The notes under the pieces are model-generated. The model had not been told where the DNA came from. It saw only the letters and a program-made list of their open reading frames with translations, and ran no database searches. From assembly GCA_030390025.1 (NCBI GenBank), contig CM059432.1, positions 15,192,001 through 15,256,000 of the forward strand: 64,000 bases of DNA, in the 5' to 3' direction. Of this stretch, positions 25,064 to 36,971 are shown piece after piece. The stretch's first letter is position 1. Every line of letters starts with the position of its first letter. This DNA comes from Squalus acanthias. Taxonomy: Eukaryota. The translations under genes were made by a program, and so were the position numbers.

Positions 25064-25998
25064 TTAGTTTAAACCCTCCCCAACAGCATGAACAAACACT
25101 CCCCCTACGACATCGGTCCCAGTCCTGCCCAGGTGCAAACCGTCCAGTTTGTACTGGTCCCACCTCCCCCAGAACCGGTTCCAATGTCCCAGGAAATTGA
25201 ATCCCTCCCCCTCGCACCATTCTTCTAGCCATGTATTCATCTGAAATATCCTTCTATTTCTGCTCTGACTAGTACGTGGCACTGGTAGCAATCCTGAGAT
25301 TACTACCTTTGCGGTCCTATTTTTTAATTTACCTCCTAACTCCCTATATTCAGCTTTTAGGACCTCATCCCGTTTTTTACCTATATCGTTGGTACCTATA
25401 TGCACCACGACAACTGGCTGTTCACCCTCCCCCTCCAGAATGCCCTGCAGCCGCTCCGAGACATCCTTGACCCTTGCACCAGGGAGGCAACATACCATCC
25501 TGGAGTCTCGTTTGCGGCCACAGATACGCCTATCTTTCCCCTTACAATAGAACCCCCTATCACTATAGCTCTCTCGCTCTTTTTCCTCCCGTCCTGTGCA
25601 GCAGAACCACCCATGGTGCCAGGAAGTTGGTTGCTGCTGCCTTCCCCCGATAAGCCATCCTCCTCAACAGTATCCAAAGCGGTATATCTGTTTGAGAGGG
25701 GGATGGCCACAGGGGACCCCTGCACTACCTGCCTGCGCCTACTACTCTGCCTGGTGGTCACCCATTCCCTTCCTGCCTGTGCAGCCTTTACCTGCGGTGT
25801 GACCAACTCATTAAACGTGATATCCACGACGTCCTCAGCATCGCGAATGCTCCAGTATGTATCCATTCGCAGCTCCAGCCCCGCAATGCGGTCTGCCAGT
25901 AGCTGCAGCTGGATACACTTCCCGCACACATGGTCGTCAGGGACACAGGAAGTGTCCCTGATTTCCCACATAGTGCAGGAGGAGCATTCACTTTGCAT
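25064..25998 (-). pseudogene. CR1 ORF1p: C4 zinc finger, leucine zipper, SGNH/GDSL esterase domain; one frameshift
   Basis: CSSCTMWE...CGKCIQLQLL..RIAGLELR; IVIGGSIVRG (block I, GDS changed to GGS); VHIGTND; DGLHL. Confidence 0.88.
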
Positions 25999-26606
25999 TC
26001 CCCAGGCAAAGGGAGAAGGCCATAAAAATGTACCTGCTATTACAATTCCTTTGCCCCAAACTTATTGTTCAGGTAAAGTTCTTCTCCTCAATACACTGGA
26101 AGTTCTTGGATGGGATTTCCCATGACAAGTGAAGCTTGGGGACCACCTTAGGCAGAAACTTGAGGAGGGTCCTCAAAGCCGTTCCATCATAAGGCTAGAT
26201 AAGTAGTCATCAGCTGCCACAAGTAATAGGTTGGTGATTCTCTGGTCTAAACCAAACAATGTTTTTTTCCAGGATAGAAATTGTAAGACACCAGTCATAT
26301 TCTTAACTGATTTTATAAATCTTGAGCTGAAGGGCAGAAAACAATGAGTACTCATTGGAGGAATTAGGTGCGGATGATGGCGGGATCAGTGTTTCTAATT
26401 TACATCAAGAAGTCAGACTCAGAAACCCAGTGCAAATCGGTCACTTTTGTAGATGATACTAAATGAGGAGGAATCGGTGAAGGCAACTCAGAAATTACAG
26501 TATGACCTGGTCAACATAGCTTAGTAGGCAGATCAATGACAGGTCAAGTTAAAATATCAACAGTTGTAAAGTGCTGCACATCAGCTGGCCAAATCGGCAT
26601 GAATAA

Positions 26607-27239
26607 GGACCTCAAAATGGGGTTGATAGACTTAAGCCCCACTAAATCTGCACTCTGGAAACTGTAATTGTTAATGGGGCCAGGTGTCTGCCTGGGTGAT
26701 AGGCCTCAATTATACAAATTGGGGTTCGGTGGTGTAGTTTGGAACCCGCTTGCAATATTCAGGACACATGGCGGAACATGCGCCATGCACACTGTGTCCT
26801 GGCGCTGAGTGGCCTAACCAGTGGTCCTTAAAGGAACTACTGCTGGCTGCTGCAAATAAAGCCCAGAAAGGTTCTATTTTTGTGGAGCCAGTTTTGTAGA
26901 GCCAGGAGGAGCAAGAGCGCTGGTCCTGGGTTCATACAAAAACACTACGGGTTGCTGCCGACCCGGGCTTGCCCCCTTCCGCAATTCATTTCCCCCTCCC
27001 AGAACCCTACCTGCGAGCCGGTTTGGTGTCTGAGCCGTTCGATATTGATCCGGCCCAGAGCTGACGAGCTGCCTATCCAGGGGAGTGCAGCAAGATTCAA
27101 ATGAGGCCTCAGCTCAAAATAGCTCAGGCCTCCTCATCCACACGATGGACGGGAAGCAGGCGCGATCTGCCGGCTGGCTGCCCAAAAGTGAAAAGCGGCC
27201 CAAGTGTTGCTACGGGATCAGGTTCCATTTTTTTGGTCC
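26607..27239. mobile_element. Probable Harbinger-type MITE, degenerate
   Basis: Imperfect TIRs ggacctcaaaatgg / ccatttttttggtcc; GC-rich interior; TSD not clean. Confidence 0.4.
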
Positions 27240-27244
27240 ATAAT

Positions 27245-27987
27245 GGCCCAAAAATTAGTGCCGCTACGCGAGAGTACGCACTGTGTACTCTCGCGTATTC
27301 TGTCTCCAATTGCCGGTTTTCTGCATGCACTGCGCATGCGCTGAAAACCGGCACTTGGTGAATTCAAAAGGGGGCGGTTCCTAGGTGAACCGCGTGCGCG
27401 CTACAGGCTGCGCGCATGCAGTGCACTTAGTGGTTTGAACGCGCAGGTAAGCATGGAACATTTTAGACATAAAGAAAGGAGGCGTAAGACCCTCTTTTAA
27501 CAAGGTAAGTAGTTAATTAAGTATTATTTTGAATTTTTTTTAACAGGTATATCTTTTTTAGAGACTTTAAAGACAGGTAAGTTTATTTTTATAACTTTTT
27601 AAAAGATTTTAAATTTTTTCAAAAATTTAATTTTTTGTTTAAAATGGTTAATTTATTTAACTATACTTATTTTATTAATGTGATGGTTTTTTTTTTAAAT
27701 TTAATTGAGGTTTAGCTGTTCTTTTGGGGGGGTATAGATTCATAGCTTTCACAGCACTTATGTGAAAGCTATGAATGAAAGATGGTGTGCTGCCATTGGC
27801 TCTAACTGAGTCACGTGATCCCACAGCTCGCACGAATTAACTATGCCTGTGGGATACGCAAGCCCTGCACAGCAGCTGTCCAGAACATCAAGTTCGTGCG
27901 AGCTCGGACTGAAAAAGCCAGCGCGCAGTGAGAGATCGCGGGGAGGCCTTACCCTCGCACGAAGGCTCACTCACGAATTTTTGGGCC
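27245..27987. mobile_element. Harbinger-type MITE (743 bp) with CpG-rich arms and AT-rich core
   Basis: TIRs GGCCCAAAAATTAGTG / CACGAATTTTTGGGCC (15/16 match); flanks aat / tat. Confidence 0.75.
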
Positions 27988-28402
27988 TATGTCTTTATAA
28001 CAATAATGTGTGCAAACTTACGGACCCAGGCCAGACGTTCTTTCTCTATTGACTAGGTATCCAGAGGAAATGAGTCAACAGACAGCAAAGAGATTGCCCT
28101 GAATATTGTATCTACTGGAGGGGTATAAATAATTAATATGGTGATGGATTGACTATTGAGAAAGAAACTCTTTGATCGAAGGTGATGAAACCTGCCCTTT
28201 AAAGGCCTGAAGAACTGTAATTTCCCAATATCTCTAGTTGTACACCTCCCCCGCCAGTTCCTACATTGAAAGATGTTCCTTGGTGTCAACAGCCGACATA
28301 ACGTTTCATCAAAGACTCAGCTCAGAATGCACTGTTCGTGACTCGCTGTGTGTTTCTGTATCTGTGTAATTAACTTCTATTTGTTTGTTTCGTTTTAACC
28401 TG

Positions 28403-30537
28403 AACAACAACAACTTGTATTTATATAGCGCCTTTAACGTAGTAAAATGTCCCAAGGTGCTTCACAGGAGTATTAAAAGACAAAAAAATTGACACCGATC
28501 CACATAAGGGGAAATTAGAGCAGGTGACCAAAAGCTTGGTCAAAGAGGTAGGTTTTAAAGAGCGTCTTAAAGGAGGAATGAGAGGTGGAGAGGTTTAGGG
28601 AGGGAATTCCAGAGCTTAGGGCCAAGGCAACAGAAGGCACGGCCACCAATGGTTGAGCGATTATAATCAGGGATGCTCAAGAGGGCAGAATTAGAGAAGT
28701 GCAGATATCTCGTGGCGGGGGGCGGAGGGGGGTTTGTGGGGCTGGGAGGAGATTACAGAGATAGGGAGGGGCGAGGCCATGGAGGGATTTGAAAACAAGG
28801 ATGAGAAATTTGAAATCGAGGCGTTATTTAACCGGGAGCCAGTGTAGGTCAGCGAGCACAGGGGTGATGGGTGAACGGGACTTGGTGTAAGTTAGGACAC
28901 GGGCAGCCGAGTTTTGGATGACCTCAAATTTACGTATGGTAGAATGTGGGAGGCCAGCCAGGAGTGCGTTGGAATAGTCAAGTCTAGAGGTAACAAAGGC
29001 ATGGATGAGGGTTTCAGCAGCAGATGAGCTGAGGCAGGGGCGGAGATGGGCGATGTTACAGAGGTGGAAGCCGCGGATATGTGATTGGAAGCTCATTTCA
29101 GGATCAAATATGACACCAAAGTTGCGAACAGTGTGGTTCAGCCTCAGACAGATGTTAGGGAGAGGGATGGAGTCAGTGGCTAGAGAACGTGGTTTGTGGC
29201 AGGGATCGAAAACAATGGTATCGGTCTTCCCAAGATTTATTTGGAGAAAATTTCTGCTCATCCAGAACTGGATGTCGGATAAGCAGTCTGACAATTTAGA
29301 GACCGTGGAGGGGTCGAGAGAAGTGGTAGTGAGGTAGAGCTGGGTGTCATCAGCGTACATGTGGAAACTGATGCTGTGTTTTCGGATGATGTCGCCAAGG
29401 GGCAGCATGTAGATGAGAAATGGGAGGGGGCCAAGGATAGATCCTTGGGGGACACCAGAGGTAACGATGCGGGAGTGGGAAGAGAAGCCGTTGCAGGTGA
29501 TTCTCTGGCTACGATTAGATAGATAAGAATGGAACCAGGCGAGTGCAGTCCCACCCAGCTGGATGACGGTGGAGAGGCGTTGAAGGATGGGAGTGGTCAA
29601 CAGTGTCAAAGGCTGCAGACAGGTCGAGAAGGATGAGGAGGGATAGTTTACCTTTGTCACAGTCACAAAGGAGCTCTTTCGGTACTGTGGCAGGGGCAGA
29701 AACCTGATTGGAGGGATTCAAACATGGAGTTGCGGGAAAGATGGGCACGGATTTGGGAGATGACAACACGTTGAAGGATTTTGGAGAGGAAAGGGAGGTT
29801 GGAGATGGGGCGGTAGTTTGCAAGGACGGTCAAGGGTTGGTTTTTTGAGGAGAGTGGTGATGACGGCAGATTTGAGGGAGAGGGGGACAGTACCTGAGGA
29901 GAGAGAACCGTTAACAATATCAGCCAACATGGAAGCCTCAAGAAGGAAGTTGGGTGGTCAGCAGTTTGGTGGGATTAGGGTTGAGGGAGCAGGACGTGGG
30001 TCTCATGGACAAGACAAGCGCGGAGAAGTCATGAGGGAGATCGGAGAGAAACTGGAGAAAGATGTGGATTTCAGGGCTAGGGCAGGGCAGAACCTTAGAG
30101 AAAGTTTGGCCCGGTGGGGAAGGGAAGTGGCAGAGGCAGCTGAACGATGGTCTCAATCTTAGAGACAAAGAAGTCCATGAGCTCCTCACATTTGTTATCG
30201 GAGGTGAGGGTGGAGGAGACAGGGGAGAGGGGTTTAAGAAGACGGTTAGCAGTAGAGAATAGGAGCCGGGGTTTATCTTTGCATTCCAGAATGATTCTGG
30301 AATAGTGAGCAATTTTGGCAGACGATGGCAGGGCCCTGATAATGCTTTATGTGGTCCAGCCAGATCTGGAGGTGAATGGCTAAACCAGTTGTCCGCCATA
30401 TCCGTTCAAGTCTGCGTCTCTTGGACTTAAGTGAGCGAAGATGAGGGCCGTACCAGGGGGAACAGCCAGGGTGAGAGAGAGTAATTGTTTTAATAGGGAC
30501 TAGGACATCAAAGGTGGTGGTGAGGATGTGGTTGAAC
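28403..30537 (-). mobile_element. L2 LINE, 5'-truncated (about 2.1 kb of ORF2)
   Basis: NYRPISNLPFLSKIL, LLDLSAAFDTVDH, GVPQGSILGP, HMYADDTQLY, SRLDYSN, LHWLPV; (GTT)n tail. Confidence 0.95.
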
Positions 30538-31533
30538 ATAACAATTTGATAATGGAATATTTTCTCTGCAGTGGAGAGCAGAACACAATGGACAGCCCAC
30601 ATAATTCCTAGTGAGGTGAAAGAATAAATGTCAGTCTTCTGGCATACCATCTCATTCATTGCAAACATAAGGTTGCAAGTTTCAGTTCATGTGAGATCAT
30701 CTTCTTCTAAAAATTGCCTTTTAGCTGGGAGCATAGGTTAAGAATGCTGGGGGGAGCACCTGAATTGCAACAAGAATCACCATGAACTCTGATGCACAGT
30801 GAGCTCCTCCCTATCTTACTGTGAGGGTGCCAAGAGAACGCATCATGGAAGGGCAAGTTAGAAACAGTCATGGGGAGGATGAAATTTGGCAGTTTGAGGC
30901 AGATAAGGAACAAGTGGAAAGGGAGGGCAGGTTGAAAACAGCATTGGGAAAGTGTACAAGGGTTATGGATCTGAGAGGGCCAGATGTGGAAGCAGGATAC
31001 CAAGACTTGAATGGGGAGGAGTGATTCTAGAGTCATGGAAACAGGAGGTGTCAGATCTTGGAGAGACAGAGAAGATGCAGACAATGGCAAGGGGAAGTCG
31101 GAGTTACTGACCGAACAGGAGAGGGAAAACTGCTTGTGATAGCATTTATTAAACTGTAAAAAAAATCTTCAGCAGCTGTTGAGGAGCAGCAGACGATTCT
31201 CTCCCCTAAGTAAAATTATTCTAGATGGAGCAGTAAGCCATGATAAAGACTACATTAAAATATAGGAACGTCTAAGGAGAGTATTCTTTGCTTAGAGTGC
31301 TGCCCCTTTTTTATGGAAGAAAATAAGTTTCACTAGAATTTCTTTGATTTCATTTTAAAGTATGTCCATTTTATTGCTGGCAGGCAGAGCCGCATTTAGA
31401 TGAGCACTTGAAACGCCATAGCATACAAGGCTACGGACCAAGTGCTGGAAAATGGGATTAGAATAGACAGGGCTCGATGGCCGGCGCGGACACGATGGGC
31501 TGAAGGGCCTCTTTCTGTGCTGTATAACGCTAT

Positions 31534-32421
31534 GGAGGAAAAATTCAGTTGGTTGCGCCTCCCGTTAGCGCCTTAAGAGTGCGCTAATGGGCGCAAAGCA
31601 ACTAGTGCCCGGGCGCAGCGATGTTTGCGCCGCTCGCGAAATTAACTAGAAATTTTGCGGCGGCGCTAAACACTACCGCCACGATCTCCTGCGCCGGCAG
31701 ATCGTGACGTCAGTCGAGTGTGCAATGCCCCAGTAGCGCCCCGGAGCGTATATTGAGTGGCGCCCCCTGCCTTACCGCCTGCCGCTAGCAACGACAGGTT
31801 GAGGGGAGCGTTTTGCAGTCAGGAAGGGACTGGGGGAGTGCTATTTAAAGGCAACCGCTTCCTGACTTTTTTTGTTGGTGACATTTTTGAACCACGCATT
31901 CTGAGAGAGAGAGAGACTTCTGGAGAGATTCAACGCTGTGTCAAGGAGTTTTGGGTACTGAGCAGCACTTTGCAGGTTCATTTTGATTTTCCCTTCCTTG
32001 TATCGATTTAGAAGAGACTGTGGGGGCTGCACTCTGAGCTCTTTCCCTGGTACTCTCCATTGATCTTTCCAGCAGATTTGATGTACAGGTCTCTCCAGGC
32101 CAAGATTCAAGGCTGTAATGAGCAGGATGTGGATGGAAAGCAAGATCAAACCTCCCCTTTAAGAACTGGCCGGCGCCATTGTGTCTGTGTTCCATTGCTG
32201 ACTGACATCACATGAGCTTCGCCAGCGCTCTGAGTTAGCGCCTCGCTCCTCGGCCTTTGCGCCTTAAGACAGATGTGTAGCGCCTGATTTAGCGCTCCAA
32301 TCACCTCCAGGGGCGATAAAAGTCAAGTTTGCAGTCGGAGGCGATAATTAGCGCCAGGCGCTAATCTTTGTACCCGGCCGATAATTGCGCCCGAAATGGG
32401 GCGATACTGAATTTTTCCCCC
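31534..32421. mobile_element. Harbinger-type non-autonomous transposon, copy 1 (888 bp), inserted in a CR1 tail
   Basis: TIRs GGAGGAAAAATTCAGT / ACTGAATTTTTCCCCC; TSD TAT (31531-31533, 32422-32424); highly similar to 52943-53835. Confidence 0.9.
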
Positions 32422-32801
32422 TATGACTCTAAGTAGGGTCTCACTCCCTGCTGGACCACTTCACCAGTAGCAATTATGGGGAACATCCCTGTGTGTCCCA
32501 AAGTGGCTCTATTGCACACAGAAATGGTTCAGATCCTGCAAACTGATGCTGCAAGTTGAAAATGAGCATTTCCAGCCTATAGTGTGGTTTCCGCGGGTCA
32601 GGCAGCTTCAGAGCAGCTCTAAGGCTGGTTTAAAATCCTGCAACCTTCCCCCACCCAATCCTATTTGCAATCGAACCACTTTGGGATGCACCCCATAATT
32701 AACATCACTGGAGACTTTCCTCCCCCTTTGAGAGAAAGAACAAAGACAGAGAGGAGAAGTCGCACAACACCAGGTTATAGTCCAACAGTTTTATTTAAAA
32801 T

Positions 32802-32835
32802 TACGAGCTTTCGGAGCTCCGCTCCTTCTTCAGGT
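32802..32835 (-). ncRNA. Minimal hammerhead ribozyme motif (family B) on the minus strand, intact core, 2-bp stem I
   Basis: Reverse complement reads AC-CTGAAGA-A-GGAGC/GGA/GCTCC-GAAA-GCTC^GTA. Confidence 0.7.
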
Positions 32836-32839
32836 CCTG

Positions 32840-32874
32840 TACCTGACGAAGGAGCAGCGCTCCGAAAGCTCGTA
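32840..32874 (+). ncRNA. Minimal hammerhead ribozyme motif (family B), intact core
   Basis: TAC-CTGACGA-A-GGAGC/AGC/GCTCC-GAAA-GCTC^GTA; palindromic AGCT stem III; CUC cleavage triplet. Confidence 0.78.
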
Positions 32875-33029
32875 ATTTAAAATAAAACTGTTGGACTATA
32901 ACCTGGTGTTATGCGACTTCTCATTTTTGTCCACCCCAGTCCAACACAAGCATCTCTGCATCAAAGACAGAGAGGGAAGAGAAAGGATACTTTAAAAAAA
33001 AAATACACTTCAGTCTGATCAGGAAACCT

Positions 33030-33825
33030 CATACATGCCTTGGAGGAGGTGCAAAGAAGGTTCACTACATTGATCGCTGGGATGAGAGGGTTGTCCTATG
33101 AGGAGAGATTGAGCCTATACTCTCCGGAGTTTAGAAGAATGAGAGGTGGACAACACGGTGGCATAGTGGTTAGCACTGTTACCTCACAGCGCTAGGGACC
33201 CGGGTTCGAATCCGGCCTCGGGTGACTGTCTGTGTGGAGTTTGCACATTCTCCCCGTGTCTGCGTGGGTTTCCTCCGGGTGCTCCGGTTTCCTCCCACAG
33301 TCCAAAGATGTGTGGGTTAGGTTGATTTGGCTATGATAAATTGACCCTTAGTGTTAGGGGGGATTAAATACGTGGGGATATGGGGATAGGGGGGGATATG
33401 TGTCGGTGCAGGCTCGATGGGCCGAAATGGCCTCTATCTGCACTGTGGGGATTCTGTGATTCTGTGATCTCATTAAAACATATAAAATTCTGAGGGGGAT
33501 TAACAGGGTAGATGCTGTGAGGTTGTTTCCCTGGCTGGAGAGTCTAGAACTAGGGGACACAGTCTCAGGATAAGGGGTCGGCCATTTAAGACTGAGATGA
33601 GGAGGAATTTCTTTACTCAGAGGGTTGTGAATCTTTGGAATTCTCTACCCCAGAGGGCTGTGGATGCTCAGTCGTTGAGTATATTCAAGGCTTAGATAGA
33701 TAGACTTTTGGACTCTAGGGGAATCAAGGGATATGGAGATCGGGCAGGAAAGTGGAGTTGAGGTCGATGATCAGCCATGATCTCACTGAATGGCGGAGCT
33801 CCTAATTCTTATGTTCTTATGTTCC
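33030..33825 (+). mobile_element. CR1 3' fragment interrupted by a V-SINE
   Basis: CR1 sequence gaatgagaggtg|atctcatt is split by 33149-33466; tail ttcttatgttcttatgttc. Confidence 0.9.
33149..33466 (+). mobile_element. V-SINE (HE1-like): tRNA head, V domain, CR1-type tail
   Basis: A box ggtggcatagtggttagc, B box ggttcgaatcc; V-domain tgtgtggagtttgcacattctccccgtgtctgcgtgggtttcctccggg; tail gattctgtgattctgtg. Confidence 0.88.
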
Positions 33826-33975
33826 TTGGTATTCGCACCAATAATCAAACCATTTCTACTTGCTGTTATGCAGCTCTTTCAAAGAGCCTGTACAGGCACG
33901 ATGGGCCGAATGGCCTCCTTCTGTGCTGAATCACTCTATGACAAAGCTGATGTTTAGGGTTTCTGAGCTAGTCCT

Positions 33976-36730
33976 AGAATCATAGAATCATAGAAAGTTA
34001 CAGCACGGAAGATGGCCATTTCAGCCCATCGTGTCCGCGCCGGCCAACAGCCTAATCCCACTTCCCAGCTCTTGGTCCGTAACCCTGCAGGTTACAGCAT
34101 CCCAAGTGCACATCCAAGTACTTTTTAAATGTGGTTAGGGTTCCTGCATCTACCACCCTTTCAGGCAGTGAGTTCCAGACCCCCACAACCCTCTGGGTGA
34201 AGAAATTTTCCCTCAAATCCCCTCTAAACCTTCCACCAATTACTTTAAACCTGTGCCCCCTGGTTTATGACCCCTCTGCTAAGGGAAATAGGTCCTCTGT
34301 ATCCACTTTATCTATGCCCCTCATAATTTTATACACCTCAATAAGGTCTCCCCTCAGCCTCCTCTGTTCCAAGGAAAACAGACCCAGCCTATCCAGTCTT
34401 TCCTCATAGCTAAGATTCTCTACTTCCGGCAACATCCTTGTAAATCTCCTCTGTACCCTCTCTAGTGCAATCACATCTTTCCTGTAATGTGGTTACCAGA
34501 ACTGCATGCAATACTCTAGCTGAGGCCTAACTAGTGTTTTATACAGTTGAAGCATAACCCCCCTGCTCTTGTATTCTATGCCACGGCTAATAAAGGCAAG
34601 CATTTCGTATGCCTTCTTAACCCCTTATCTAACTGGCCTGCTACCTTCAGGAATCTGTGGACATGCACTCCAAGGTCCCTTTGTTCCTCTACACTACTCA
34701 GTGTCCTACCATTTAATGTGTATTCCCTTTCCTTGTTAGCCCTCCCCAAATGCATTACCTCACACTTCTCCGGATTGAATTCCATTTGCCACTGTTCTGT
34801 CCACCTGACCAATTTATTGATATCTTCCTGCAGTCTACAGCTTCCTACTTCAGTATCAACCACACAGCCGATTTTAGTATCATCTGCAAACTTCTTAATC
34901 ATACCCCCTATATTCAAGTCCAAATCATTGATATATACCACAAAAAGCAAGGGACCTAGCACTGAGCCCTGCGGAACCCCACTGGAAACAGCCTTCCAGT
35001 CACAAAAACACCCATCAACCATTACCCTCTGCTTCCTGTCTCCGAGCCAGTTTTGAATCCAACTTGACACTTTGCCCTGGATCCCATGGGCTTTTAACTT
35101 CATGACCAGTCTGCCTTGTGGAACCTTATCAAAAGCCTTGCTAAAGTCCATATAAACTACATCAAATGCACTACCCTCATCTACCCTCCTTGTTACCTCC
35201 TCAAAAAATTCAATCAAGTTTGTCAGACACGACCTTCCCTTAACAAATCCGTGCTGACTATCCTTGATTAATCCGTGTCTCTCTAAATGAAGATTTATCC
35301 TGTCCTTCAGAATTCTTTCCAATAACTTTCTCACCACCGAGGTTAGGCTGACTGGCCTGTAATTACTCGGTCTATCATTTTCTCCCTTTTTAACAAGGGT
35401 ACAACATTAGCAGTCCTCCAGTCCTCCGGCACCACACCTGAAGCCAGAGAGGATAGAAAAATGATGGTCAGGGCCTCTGCTATTTCCTCTTTTGCTTCGC
35501 TTAACAGCCTGGGATACATTTCATCCGGGCCTGGGGATTTATCCACTTTTAAAGCTGTTAAACCCCTTAATACTTCCTCTCTCACTATGTTTATTTCATC
35601 TAATATTTCGCACTCCTCCCCCCAATAGCAATGTCTGCTTCGCCCCTCTCCTTTGTGAAAACAGACGCAAAGTATTCATTAAGAACCCTACCAACGTCTC
35701 CCGCCTCCACACACAGATTACCCTCATGATCTCTAATAGGCCCTACCCTTTCTTTAGTTATCCTCTTACTCTTAATATATTTATAAAACATCTTTGGGTT
35801 TTCCTTGATTTTACTTGCCAAGAATTTGTCATGCTCTCTCTTTGCTTTCCTAATATCCTTTTTAATTGCACCCCTGCACTTTCTGTACTCCTCTAAAGAT
35901 TCTGGAGTATTTAGCCCTCGGTGGTATCTGTCATACGCCTCCCTTTTTTTCTTTATCCTTCCCTGTATGTCCCTAGACTTCCAGGGGGCTCTAGATTTGT
36001 TAGACCCACCTTTTTTCTTTAAGGGCACATATTTGGTCTGAACCCTCCGGATCTCCTCCTTGAATGCCTCCCACTGCTCTGACACTGATTTACCTTCAAG
36101 TAGCTGTTTCCAGTCCACTATGGCTAAATCCCCTCTGAGCTTAGCAAAATTTGCTTTTCCCCAATTTAGAATTTTTATTCCTGGTCTATCCTTGTCCTTT
36201 TCCATAACTACCTTAAATCTAACAGGATTATGGTCACTAGCACCAAAATGCTCCCCCACTGATACGCCTTCTACCTGCCCAGCTTCATTCCCTAAAACTA
36301 AGTCCAGAACCGCCCCCTCCCTTGTTGGGCTTGCTACATACTGGCTAAAAAAGTTCTCCTGGATGCATTTTAGGTATTCCGCATCCTCTATACCATTCAC
36401 ACTAATTTTATCCTAGTTAATATTGAGGTCGTTGAAATCCCCTACTATTACTGCCCTATAGTTTCTGCACTTCTCAGAAATTTGTCTACATATTTGTTCT
36501 TCTATCTCCCTCTCACTGTTTGGGGGTCTGTAGTACACTCCCAGCAGTGTGATCGCCCCTTTTTTGTTTTTCAATTCGACCCATATGGCCTCGTTTGATG
36601 ATCCCTCCAACAGATCATCCCTCCTCACAGCTGTAATAGTTGCTTTAATCAATACCTTGACCCCCCCCTCCCTTTTTACCTCCCTCTCTATCCCGTCTGA
36701 AAATCCTGTAACCAGGAATGTTGAGCTGCC
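33976..36730 (-). mobile_element. CR1 LINE, 5'-truncated within the endonuclease (about 2.75 kb)
   Basis: YYRPP, VGDFN, SDHN, QHGFVKGRSCLTNL, YMDFSKAFDKVP, KFADDTKI; tail agaatcatagaatcatag. Confidence 0.95.
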
Positions 36731-36971
36731 TCCTGTGGCATTCTCGTCTTCTTAGTTAAAATTCCAAGTTGCTTCCCTTTAGGGTTGGTTAACAGCATCC
36801 TAAACTGATCTCAGGATACCTTGACACAACTCCTTTTGATATACAGATCAGGGTCCTATGACGTACATAGGACCTCAATTGCAATCTTAGGACAGTGCAT
36901 GCTCCACCCAGTACCAGCGTGGCAAAAGAGGAGACCAGCAGCTTAGTTTTAATTTATTTTTGTGGGGCTTT

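Larger units (their letters stand above)
21986..25998 (-). mobile_element. Near full-length CR1 LINE (ORF1 plus ORF2), frameshifted
   Basis: ORF1 zinc finger/leucine zipper and esterase, then APE endonuclease, RT and the CR1 3' tail, all collinear. Confidence 0.97.
32755..32961 (+). mobile_element. Mini Penelope-like element (family B): inverted partial pLTR plus pLTR
   Basis: 14-bp direct repeat caaagacagagagg (32741-32754, 32962-32975); 82-bp inverted arms 32754-32835 and 32841-32922; hammerhead core and AATAAA in each arm. Confidence 0.8.

Noticed and set aside
22675..25802. Numerous plus-strand ORFs opposite CR1 ORF1/ORF2
   Set aside because: Antisense shadows of retrotransposon coding sequence.
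31757..32195. Similar short ORFs in both 0.89-kb elements (also 53167-53609)
   Set aside because: Shared only because the DNA copies are similar; lengths differ by indels in the AG tract and no domain is recognisable.
33149..33225. tRNA-like sequence (also at 60824-60900, 20290-20362, 43640-43714)
   Set aside because: SINE heads with A/B boxes that continue into SINE bodies; not tRNA genes.
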